Shown: positions 12,216 to 22,857 of the stretch, piece by piece | How positions within the stretch are numbered: position 1 is the first letter of the stretch | How the letters are laid out: each line of letters begins with the position of its first letter | Assembly (NCBI RefSeq): GCF_004010195.1 | Contig: NC_057719.1 | Location: 20,857,753-20,904,605, forward strand | DNA from: Chiloscyllium plagiosum | Lineage: Eukaryota | Length of the DNA stretch: 46,853 nucleotides | Direction: 5' to 3' | The notes under the pieces: model-generated | What the model saw: only the letters and a program-made list of their open reading frames with translations | Database searches by the model: none | What the model was told of the DNA's origin: nothing | Position numbers and translations under genes: made by a program

Positions 12216-14526
12216 TTATTTTTTCATTGCTCCCCTATACCATCTCTGCACTCAAAGGGGGGGGCGGGCACCCCATGTTTGTATGTGTGTAACACAATAA
12301 AAAGAATCATTGTGTTAAAACTTTAATCTATATCTTCCACTACCAGGAAAGCATCCATATGGATAGTGAATCTTGAACAAGCAAAGCCTGATAAAGGCAA
12401 TGCTTACATGAAAAAAAGTGAAGAGGGAGTAAGGAGAGAAGGAGGGGACAAAATCAAAATTGAGTTGGAAGAGACTAAGGTCCTTAAGTTGTCATTAGCT
12501 GGCTCCTTAAGGATCTCCATTAACAACCACTTAAAGATCTCAAGTGGTGACTGGGTGCGAAGGTGGCTGGATTACATATTCCCCAAATAAATACCCATCC
12601 TGCTTCCAAATTCGCCACGAATTGGAGAAGGTTTTGCCTTGTGTGGGAACTTAGAAACATCATAGAGTATCCAACAGTGACTATCTGACAAATGGTTCAC
12701 ACTATCTTAGCAGTCCATGTATAAAATCACAAATAAGTATCAAAGAACATTGTATACAGTTCTACACCAGTCTAATGCCACAGTATCCCATGTCATCAAG
12801 TATATAAAAGCAGAATGAAGAGACCATATCTTACAGCCATAATTGTGGCTGCAAGCAAAATAAAACACGAGCAATATCGTTGCTGAAATCTGCCTCAATT
12901 GCATGTGGTGCAGTTGCATCATTCATCACAGAATAGGTAAACCTGTAAATCCCTGTTAGGTTTCCAAATGAAAGAGGCTATAATATATTTTATCTCACTC
13001 AGATTACCTCAATCGTAGTTCAGGAATGTCAAAATCCTATCTTCTCAACGTACCTCACCATAACCGCTGCAGGCAGTAAAAAACAAATCAGTATACAAAC
13101 CAAGTTTGAAGGCTGCAAAGACATTTTTATGGCTGTGCAAATAAAGCTGGCAGCTGGTTTCTTCAGGGTTACGATTTTCATTTTCAGGGAGATTTACTTC
13201 AAATTGCTCTAACGTCACATTGCAGCTGAGGTATTAAGACGATTCCTTCGTGCAAATGAAATTAAATCCCTTTCACATCAAATTGCTGCTAACATTCTGA
13301 AGTGTCATTGGTAGAAAATACATAATGCTTGTGTCTCTGCAGAACTTGACTCCCTCCATTTTCTTGAGCATTGGTGGTTCACTCCAAGCCTCTTCATAGG
13401 ATCAGCGGTGGAGCATAAAGGATGTGAAGATTTTACACTATTCATTCCAAAAGGTGAATGGAGTGTGCAAGATTTGGAAATCTGAAAGATTTAAAGTACT
13501 GCCATGTCGTAGGTCTAATATTGGTATGTTTACTTGAACCTCCTGCTTTTCTGGCTTCATGGGTCACACTTCCTGTGTAACTGTTGACTTTGCTGGAATT
13601 TGGCCTCATGGAATAGATGACAATGTATCTTACTCACTCCCCACACACCTTTTACTCTCACCCCTGGATTGCCCTCACAAATTATCTACTTTATGAATAA
13701 CTCGCAAGCACTGTTATTGCACTTAAAAATTGGTGAATACCTCTTAGAAGTCTTCAAGTTAACAAACAGACTTTTCAAACAAGCTGTAGAAATAGAGTCA
13801 ACCATTTGTAAATTGATTAAGCAATTGCACACCATCCAAGCACGGATAAAACTCCCCAAGTAAATTAACTGTCCAAGGACTGCTGTGTTTGTAGATTCTG
13901 AGGTGAAAGCATAAAATGACAAAACATTTCCACATTTTTATTGTATCAGGCACTGTTTCAATAGAATGAAATGTACACTATTCTTTATCCATTCAATTAA
14001 CCTCTTTAAATTTTCAGAATACTTTTGTATATTTACAATGTTATATTTTTCATTTGAGAGCTTATCAAGTGGCAGAAGTAAAAATCCGGCATGTACATTG
14101 ACTCAAAAATTCTAATTAGCGTCAGAGCTATCAGAACTATCATGGCAAAACTGACGCTCTAACCCACCCATGTTTTTATAGGGGTAACCTTCTGATGCTG
14201 ACCCTCCATCATAGAAAGCCAGATAGTCTTGAACACAAAACAGGTAAAGTGAGTCCAATCTATTTACCTGACCCTAGCTCCATTTTGACAGAGCGGTGAG
14301 GAGAGAAGGTGAGGTGAAGCGAGGGCCGCCGGGAAGGTGAGGGCTTAATTTATATTTGGGCAGTGTCTAAACCCGACATGCTACACGTGTAGTATCTCCC
14401 TCCTGCCCCCCTCCTCTATCGGAAAAAAAAAGACTCTGTAAGGTAAGTCTTTTTTTTTCTTTATCTTTTTTTCATGTATTTAATGTATTGTTGGTTTTAA
14501 TTAGTTCATATAAAGCTAAGTTTACA

Positions 14527-15453
14527 ATGGCAGGGGACCTCAGACCCCTGGCATGTGACTCTTGCTTGATGTGGGAGCTTAGGAATGTGTCTGACGTTCC
14601 TGACTCTTACACTTGCAAGAAGTGTGTCCAGCTGCAGCTTCTGTTTGACCGCATGATGGCTCTGGAGCTGAGGATGGACTCACTGTGGAGCATCCGCGAT
14701 GCTGAGGGGGTCATGGATAGCACATTTAGTGAACTGGTCACACCGCAGGTTCGAATTGCTGAGGGAGACAGTGAATGGGCGACCAAAAGGCAGAGAAAGA
14801 GTAGGAAGGCAGTGCAGGTGTCCGCTGCGGTCAATTCCCTCCAAAACAGGTATACCGTTTTGGATATTGTTGGGGGAGATGGCTCACCAGGGGAGGGCAG
14901 CAGTTCTCAAGATCATGGCACCATGGCAGGCACTGCTGTTCAGAAGAGACATAGTCATAGGGGATTCTATTGTAAGGGGAGTAGATAGGCGGTTCTGTGG
15001 CTGAAAACATGACTTTCGGATGGTACGTTGCCTCCCAGGTGCTCAGGTCAGGGATGTCATCGATCAGCTGCAGAGCATTCTAAAAGGGGAGGGTGAACAG
15101 CCAGTTGTCTTGGTGCACAGTGGCACCAATGATGTAAGTAAAAAACGAGATGAGATCCTGAAAGAAGAATTCAGGGACCTAGGAGAGAAGTTCAAGAGGA
15201 CGACCTCAAAGGTAGTGATCTCAGGATTACTACCAGTGCCACGTGATAGCCAGCATAGAAATGAAAAAATAGGCAGGATGAACATGTGGCTTGATGAATG
15301 ATGTAGGAGGGAGGGTTCAGATTTGTTAGACATTGGGACCGGTTCTGGGGAAGGTGGGACTATTACAAAATGGACGGTCTACATCTGAACCAGACTGGAA
15401 CCAATGTCCTTGGGGGAGTTTTTGCTACTGCTGTTGGGGAGGTTTTAAACTAA
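14527..15453 (+). pseudogene. CR1 ORF1: zinc finger/leucine zipper + SGNH (GDSL) esterase, frameshifted
   Basis: CDSCLMWE...YTCKKC, IVIGDSIVRG, CLPGAQVRDV, VHSGTND, DGLHLN; ends GEVLN-stop. Confidence 0.88.
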
Positions 15454-16014
15454 TGTGGCAGGGGGCTGGAAACCAGAAGAGAAAGCAAGTAGGTAGTGAG
15501 GTGAAGACTGGAGACTGCAAGAATCATGAAGATAGCATTAATAAAGGGAAGAGTAGGCAGAGAGCAGATGAGCTCAAAAGAAATGGTGGCCTGAAATGCA
15601 TCTACTTTAATGCAAGGAGTATAGTGTGGAAGGCAGATGAACTTAGGGCTTGGATTGGTGCCTGGGAGTATGACGTTATTGCAATCACAGAGACTTGGTT
15701 GAAGGAAGGGCATAATGATTGGCAGCTAAATGTTCCAAAATATAAATGCTTCAGACAGGACAGGGTTGGAAGTAAAAGGGGGGGGGAGGTGTGGAGTTGC
15801 AGTGCTGGTCAGGGATGATATCGCGACTGTGCTAAAGGAGGACACTATGAAGGTCTTGGGTAGCGAGGCATTATGGGTGGAGCTGAGAAATAAGAAGGGT
15901 GCAGTTACATTGTTGGGGCTGTATTACAGACCTCTCAACAGTGAGCATGAGGTAGAAGAACAAATAGGTAAACAGGTTGCTGTGGTTCTGTTCGCCGAGC
16001 TGGAAGTTTTTGTT

Positions 16015-16054
16015 GCAAACGTTTCGTCCCTTGTCTAGGTGACATCCTCAGTGC
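16015..16054 (-). ncRNA. Minimal type-I hammerhead ribozyme (inverted copy, intact core)
   Basis: Minus strand GCA-CTGAGGA-T-GTCACCT AGAC AAGGGAC-GAAA-CG-TT-TGC. Confidence 0.78.
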
Positions 16055-16461
16055 TTGGGAGCATGAGCAAAACTAATGTAGTGTACAAAATCCCATGCAA
16101 GGACTGCACAAAACACTATGTAGGACAAACAGGAAGACAGCTAACGATCCGCATCCATGAACATCAACTAGCCACGAGACGCCACGACCAGCTATCCTTA
16201 GTAGCCACACATGCAGACGACAAGCAACATGAATTTGACTGGTACAACACTACCATTATAGGGCAAGTGAAACAAAGAACAGCCAGGGAATTCCTAGAAG
16301 AATGTCACTCATCCACAACTCCATCAACAAACACATTGACCTGGACCCAATATACCGGCCACTACCGCGGACAGCTGAAACTGACAACCGGAAGCGGCAG
16401 GGACAGGCCACTATAAATGCCGGAGGAAACACCACAGAAGCGCTTCACAGGAGGCTCCCAA

Positions 16462-16501
16462 GCACTGAGGATGTCACCTAGACAGGGGACGAAACGTTTG
16501 C
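16462..16501 (+). ncRNA. Minimal type-I hammerhead ribozyme (intact core)
   Basis: GCA-CTGAGGA-T-GTCACCT AGAC AGGGGAC-GAAA-CG-TT-TGC. Confidence 0.82.
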
Positions 16502-17267
16502 AACAAAATTTTCCAGCTCGGCGAACAGAACCACAGAAACGAGCACCCGAGCTACAAATCTTCTCACAAACTTTGAAGGTAAACAGATTATGGAAAGATG
16601 TAGAGGAAATAGGGTAGTGGTGATGGGAGATTTTAGTTTTCCCAATGTTGACTGGGATACACTTGACGTCAGTGGTCTGGATGGGGTAGAATTTGTACAA
16701 AGCATCCAGGAGAATTTTCTAGAGCAGTATGTCAATAGTCCGATAAGGGAAGGGGCCATATTGGACCTGGTACTGGGGAATGAGCCAGGTCAGGTGATAG
16801 AAGTTGCGGTGGGGATTTCTTTGGGAACAGTGACCATAATTCTGTACGTTTTAGAATACTCGTAGATAAAGTGGAGAGTGGTCCTAACGGAAGCGTACTA
16901 AACTGGGCCATGGCCAATTATATGAAAATTAGGCAGGAGCTGAGAAATGTGGATTGTATAGAGCTATTTGAAGGGAAGTCCACATTTGATATGTGGGAGG
17001 CTTTCAAAGATAGGTTAAAGATAGTGCAGGATAGGCATGTTCCGTTGAAGGCAAAGGATAGGAATAGCAAGATTTGCGAACCGTGGATGACAGGAGAAAT
17101 TGTACAACTAGCCAAGGGGAAAAGGGAAGCGTACATAAGGTCGAGGCAGCTAAGAACAGAACGGGCCCTTGAGGAATATCGGAAGAGTAGGACAAGTCTT
17201 AAATGAGGAATCAAGTGTGCTAAAAGAGGTCATGAAATAGATTTAGTGAGTAGAATTAAGGAGAATT

Positions 17268-17563
17268 CCAAAGCATTTTATTCTTATATAAGAAGCAAGC
17301 GGGTAATTAGAGAAAGGATTGGTCCACTAAAGGATAATGAAGGAAGGCCGTGTGTCAAACCTGAGAGAATGGTTGAGATTCTGAATGGTTAGTTTGCATC
17401 AGTGTTCACTGAGGAGAGGAACACCAAAGCATTTTATTCTTATATAAGAAGCAAGCGGGTAATTAGAGAAAGGATAATGAAGGAAGGCTGTGTGTCAAAC
17501 CTGAGAGAATGGTTGAGATTCTGAATGGTTACTTTGCATCAGTGTTCACTGAGGAGAGGAACA
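17268..17563 (+). repeat. Tandem duplication inside CR1 ORF2 (156 bp + 140 bp)
   Basis: 17268-17423 is repeated at 17424-17563; copy 2 lacks 16 bp between two AAAGGAT repeats. Confidence 0.95.
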
Positions 17564-19394
17564 TGATGAATCTTGAGATTAAAGATAGAAGTTTGATTAG
17601 TCTGGATGACGTTGACATAAGCAGGGAAGATGTGTTGGGTAGACTAGAGGTTATTAAGGTGGACAAATCTCCAGGACCGGATGGGATCTATCCCAGGTTG
17701 CTGAGGGAGGTGAGAGAGGAAATAGCTGGGGCCCTGACAGATATCTTTGTGGCATTCTTAAATACAGGTGAGGTACCGGAGGACTGGAAGGTTGCTCATG
17801 TTGTCCCCCTGTACAAGAAAGGTCGTAGGGATAATTTGGGTAAATACAGACCAGCGAGCCTGATGCTGGTGGTGGGAAAGTTGCTGGAGAGGGTACTGAG
17901 GGATAGAATCTATTTATATCTAGAAAGGAATGGGCTTATCAGTGATAGGCAACATGGTTTTGTGTGGGGGAGATTGTGCCTTACCAACGTAATAGAGTTC
18001 TTTGAGAAAGTGACCAAGTTAATAGATGAAGGAAGGGCTGTTGATGTCATATACATGGTCTTTAGTAAGGTGTTTGATAAATTTTCCCATGGTAGACAAA
18101 TGGAGAAAGTGAAGTCACATGGTGTGCAGGGTGTTCTAGCTAGGTGGATAAAGAACTGGTTGAGCAATAGGAGATAGAGAGTAGTAGTTGAAGGGAGTTT
18201 CTCAAAATGGAGAAAGGTGACCAGTGATGTTCCACAGGGGTCAGTGCTGAGACCACTGTTGTTTGTGATATACACAAATAATCTGGAAGAGGGCACTGTT
18301 GGTATGATCAGCAAGTTTGCAGATGACATGAAGATGGTGGAGTAGCAGGAAGCATAAGGGACTGTCAGAGAATACAGGAGGATATAGACAGACTGGAGAG
18401 TTGGGCGGAAAAGTGGCAGATGGTTTTCAATCCAGACAAATGTGAGGTGATGCATTTAGGCAAGACTAATTCTAGAGCGAATTATACAATGAACGGAAGA
18501 GCCTTGGGAAAAGTTGATGGGCAGAGAGATCTGGAAGTGCAGGTCCATTGTACCCTGCAGGTTGCTGCACAGGTGGATAGAGTGGTCAAGAAGGCATATA
18601 GTATGCTTGCCTTCATTGGACAGGGTATTGAGTATAAGAGCTGGCAAGTCATGTTAAAATTGGACAAGGCATTGGTTCGGCCACATTTAGAATACTGTGT
18701 ACAGTTCTGGTCGCCACATTACCAAAAGGATGTGGACCCTTTGGAGAGGTTGCAGAGAAGGTTTATGAGGATGTTGCCTGGTATGGAAGGTGCTAGCTAT
18801 GAAGAGAGGTTGAGTAGGTTAGGTTTGTTTTCATTAGAAAAAAGGAGATTGAGGGGACCCTGACTGAGGTTTACAAAATCATGAAGGGTATAGACAGGGT
18901 GGATCGAGATAAGCTTTTTCCCAGGGTGAAGGATTCAATGACGAGAGGTCACACTTTCAAGGTGAGAGGTGGAAAGTTTAAGGGGGATACACGCGGCAAG
19001 TACTTTACACAGACGGTGGTGGGCATCTGGAACGCGTTGCCAGCAGAGGTGGTAGAGGCAGGCATGGTGGATTCATTTAACTTGCGTCTGGACAGATGCA
19101 TGAGTAGGTGGGGAGCAGAGGGATACAGATGCTTAGGAATTGGGCAACAGGTTTAGACAGTAGATTTGGATCAGCTCAGGCTTGAAGGGCTGAAGGGCCT
19201 GTTCCTGGACTGTACATTTTCTTTGTTCTTTGTTCTCTTTGTTCTTTGATAACCGAAGAGCTGAGAATGCTCCTTGAGGGCAGTAGTGGACACAGCATGG
19301 TGCTTTTATGATGTTTTTGTTTAATAATTCTAGGTGCAAATCATTTCTTTTTTGTTAAACATTCCAAGTTATTTTGTGATTTTTAGCAAATGAA

Positions 19395-19750
19395 TGTGTG
19401 TGTGGGTAGGAGTTAAATGGGTAAGCTGATGAGTGTGTTGTAAACGGGTGAAGGAGTAGGGTGACAGGTTCTAGGTGGGTAGGTTGATCATATGGTAGAG
19501 CTGCAGGTTCATGGCTTGGTAAGTCAGTAGGGTGATGGGTTGTTGAGATGGCAGGTTGATTGTTTGGAAGTTGAGTATGATGGCAAGTTGGTGGTAGGTA
19601 GACAGGTAGAGTGGTAGATGGATAGAATGGCAGGTAGATAAGGTGGCAGCTGGGTAAAGGGGGTGTAGAGTGGTCATGGGCAAGAGATAGTGTGATTTGA
19701 ACAGGAATTGAGTCTAGAGAGGAGTGATGAGGCTGGGTAAGGAGTGGAGA
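19395..19750. repeat. G/T-rich low-complexity tract (GGTA/GGGT-like units)
   Basis: Direct inspection; explains the Pro/His/Thr-rich spurious ORFs. Confidence 0.7.
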
Positions 19751-19757
19751 ATCAATA

Positions 19758-20977
19758 TAAATAACAGGGTTGTTGTGATGGGTGATCTTAACTTCCCCTA
19801 TATTGATTGGGACTCGGACTTCCTGAGTAACAGTGGCATGGATGGGGAGAATTTGCTTGCTGTGTCCAGAACATTTTTTGAAACAATAAGCAAATAATCC
19901 AACCAGGGAAGGGGTCATACCAGACCTGATATTAGCAAATGAGCTTGGGCAGATAATTGAAGTTTCAGTCAGGGAACATTTCGGGAATAGTGACCATAAT
20001 TCTGCAAGTGTTAAGAGTAGTTCGAGATAAAAGTAGTTCTTGGGTGGAAGTACTAAATTGGATGAAGGCTAACTATGACAATATTAGAATTATAGAATCA
20101 TCATAGAATCCCTACAGTGTGGAAGCAAGCCATTTGGTCCATCGGGTCCACACTGACCCTCAAAAGAGCATCCCACCCAGATCCAGTCCCTACCTTATCC
20201 CTGTAGTCCTGCACCTACAATGGCAAATCCACCTAACCTACATTTCCCTGGACACTACGGGTAATTTAGCATGGCCAATCCACCTAACCAGATAGGCAGA
20301 AACTGGGGAATGTAGACTGCTACACTTTGAGGATAAATCCACATATGTCATGTGGGAATCTTTTAAAGGCCAGTTTATTTCAGTTCAAGACCAGCATGTT
20401 CCAATGAAAAACACGGATAAGGATGGAAAGATTAGGGAACCTTGGATGACAAGAGAAGTTGAGAGCTTAGTCAAAAAGGAAAAGGAGCCATACATAAGAC
20501 TTAGGAAACTGAAGAAAACAGAGCCCTTGAAGAATACAAAGATAGTAGGAAAGAACACAAATAAGGAATGAGGAGGGCTAAAAGGCAGCCACAAAATGTC
20601 TTTAGCAAACAGGGTTAAGGAAAATCACAAGGCATTTTATACATGCATGAGGAGCAAGAGGGGAGCTAGAGAAATAGTGGTTCCACTCATGGGCAAAGGG
20701 GAACATTTATATATGGAGTAGGAGGAGGTTGGTGAGGTCTTTAACAAATACTTGGCGTTGATATTCATAAAGGAGAAGGACATGGTTGATGGTGAGTCTC
20801 AGAAACGTATCTTGATATTCTGGGGCATTGGGTGTTTTAAAAAATACTAAAATGAACACATGCCCAGGATCTGATGGGTTCTAACCTAGAATGTTGAGTG
20901 AGGCAGGTGAAGAAATTATTGTGGCCTTGTACAAAATCTTTAACCACAAGAGAGGTCCCAGAGATTGGAGAATACCA
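19758..20977 (+). mobile_element. Older CR1 ORF2 fragment, interrupted by a SINE; probably continues at 22858-23695
   Basis: Collinear with about 16610-17790 (MWESFK...HVPMK...IREPWMT, PGSDGF.PRML...DWRI). Confidence 0.85.
20088..20290 (-). mobile_element. HE1-like SINE, 3' half
   Basis: Matches 8735-8900 and 45270-45410. Confidence 0.8.
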
Positions 20978-21070
20978 GGAGAAAGTGAGGTTTGCAGATG
21001 CTGGAGATCAGAGCTGAAAAATGTGTTGCTGGAAAAGCGCAGCAGGTCAGGCAGCATCCAAGGAGCAGGA

Positions 21071-21108
21071 GAATCAACGTTTCGGGCATAAGCCCTTCTT
21101 CAGGAATG
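21071..21108 (-). ncRNA. Minimal hammerhead motif (intact core, weak stem I)
   Basis: Minus strand CTGAAGA-A-GGGC TTAT GCCC-GAAA-CG-TT. Confidence 0.72.
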
Positions 21109-21987
21109 AGGAGGGTGTGCCAAGCAGGCTAAGATAAAAGGTAGGGAGGAAGGACTTGAGGGAGGGGCGTTGGGAATACGATAGGTGGAAGGAGGTTAAG
21201 GTGAGGGTGATGGGCAGGAGAGAGGGTGGGGGCGGAGAGGTCGGGAAGAAGATTGCAGGTCAAGAAGGCGGTGCTGAGTCTGAGGGTTGGGACTGAGANN
21301 NNNNNNNNNNNNNNNNNNNNNNNNNNNNNNNNNNNNNNNNNNNNNNNNNNNNNNNNNNNNNNNNNNNNNNNNNNNNNNNNNNNNNNNNNNNNNNNNNNNN
21401 NNNNNNNNNNNNNNNNNNNNNNNNTTGCAGGGGAAGGTGTTGGGAGTGGAGGTTGGGTTGGTGGGGGGTGTGGACCTGACGAGGGAGTCGCGGAGGGAGT
21501 GGTCTTTCCAGAACGCTGATAGGGCACGGGAGGGAAATATATCCTTGGCGGTGGGGTCTGTTTGGAGGTGGTGGAAATAATGAAGGATGATACGATGTAT
21601 CTGGAGGTTGGTGGGGTGATAGGTGAGGTCCTGGTGGTGATTGGAGGGGCTGGGTTCAAAGGCGGAGGAGCAGGAAGTGGAGGAGATGCAGTGGAGAGCA
21701 TCGTCAACCACGTCTGAGGGGAAATTGTGGTCTTTGAAGAAGGAGGCCATCTGGGTTGTTCGGTATTGGAATTGGTCCTCCTGGGAGCAGATGCGGCAGA
21801 GGCGAAGCAATTGGGAAGATGGGATGGCATTTTTACAGGGGGCAAGGTGGGAGGAGGTGTAATCTAGGTAGCTGTGGGAGTCGGTCGGTTTATAGTGAAT
21901 GTCTGTGTTGAGTCGGTCACCCCAGATAGAAATGGAGAGGTCTAGGAAGGGGTGAGAGGAGTCTGAGATGGTCCAGGTAAATTTGAG

Positions 21988-22197
21988 ATGAAAATGTGTT
22001 GCTGGAAAAGCGCAGCAGGTCAGGCAGCATCTAGGGAACAGGAGAATCGACGTTTCAGGCATTAGCCCTTCTTCAGGAATCGGCTAATGCCCGAAACGTC
22101 GATTCTCCTGTTCCCTAGATGCTGCCTGACCTGCTGCGCTTTTCCAGCAACACATTTTCATCTCTGATCTCATGCATCTGCAGACCTCACTTTCTCC
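21988..22197. mobile_element. Fold-back PLE mini-element nested in the RT of a closely related PLE
   Basis: Exact 16-bp TSD TCCAGGTAAATTTGAG (21972-21987, 22198-22213); about 80-bp inverted arms; 36-bp tail 22162-22197; minus-strand hammerhead at 22044-22081. Confidence 0.93.
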
Positions 22198-22444
22198 TCC
22201 AGGTAAATTTGAGGTCAGAGTGGAAGGTGTTAGTAAAGTGGATGAACTGTTCAACCTCCTCGTGGTAGCACGAGGTAGAGCCGATACAGTCATCGATATA
22301 GCGGAGGAAAAGGTGAAGGATGGTGCCAGTGTAGCTGCGGAAGATGGACAGTTCATCCACTTTACTAACACCTTCCACCCCGACCTCAAATTTACCTGGA
22401 TCGTCTCAGACTCCTCCCTCAGGTTACACCTGAACCTCCTACAT

Positions 22445-22855
22445 TTCACTGGAATGTAGGAGGTTCAGGTGTAACCTTATAGAGGTTTAGGTTTATAAAA
22501 TCATGAGAGGCATTGATAAGGTGAATAGCAAAGGTCTTCAGTCAAGGGAGGACGAGTTCAAAACTAGACTGTATATTTTTAAGGTGAGTGGAGAAAGATT
22601 TAAAAGGGATCTGAGGGGTAACGTTTTCACGTAGTGGGTGGTTCATGTACGGAATAAACTTCCAGTGGTAGTGATAGATGCAAGTACGGTTACAATATTT
22701 AGAAGACATTTTAACAGGTACACGAATAGGAAAGGTTAAAAAGAATATCAGCCAAACACAGATAAATGAGGCTAGTTTGGAAATTTGGTCAGCATGGATG
22801 AGTTGGACAGAAGGGTCTGTTTCTGTACTGTGTGACTCTATGAAGCCTATGATTC
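22445..22855 (+). mobile_element. CR1 3' end
   Basis: FSLECRRFRCNLIEV..KIMRGIDKV and a GACTCTATG tail. Confidence 0.85.
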
Positions 22856-22857
22856 TA

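Larger units (their letters stand above)
15976..16576 (+). mobile_element. Poseidon/Penelope-type PLE 3' fragment (GIY-YIG) with inverted terminal copy, inserted in the CR1 endonuclease
   Basis: Exact 10-bp TSD AGGTAAACAG (15966-15975, 16577-16586). NVVYKIPCKDCTKHYVGQTGRQLTIRIHEH. 87-bp inverted arms 15976-16062 and 16454-16540. Confidence 0.95.
15590..19125 (+). pseudogene. CR1 ORF2: APE endonuclease + reverse transcriptase, disrupted
   Basis: LKCIYFNARSI, DVIAITETWL, VVMGDFSFPNVDW, AILDLVLGNE, KSPGPDGIYPRLL, QHGFVWGRLCLTN, PQGSVL, KFADD, VRPHLEYCVQFWSP. Confidence 0.93.
14280..19250 (+). mobile_element. Near-full-length CR1 LINE (5'UTR, ORF1, ORF2, 3' tandem tail), interrupted by a PLE
   Basis: ORF1 and ORF2 motifs in order; (TCTTTGT)n tail at about 19218-19250. 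5' boundary approximate and no TSD found. Confidence 0.93.
20978..22420 (-). mobile_element. PLE (RT C-terminal half to 3' terminus, probably Neptune-type) with gap, nested insertion and short 5' inversion
   Basis: LFLRYIDDCIG, LKFTW, PFLDLSISI, HYKPTDSHSYL on the minus strand; terminal repeat with hammerhead at 20978-21110. Confidence 0.92.

Noticed and set aside
17910..18455. 181-aa minus-strand ORF
   Set aside because: Antisense shadow of the CR1 RT.
14200..19300. TSD for the near-full-length CR1
   Set aside because: No matching direct repeat was found by eye at the two ends, so the 5' boundary stays approximate.
19355..19918. 187-aa minus-strand ORF
   Set aside because: Antisense CR1 fragment joined to a low-complexity tract.
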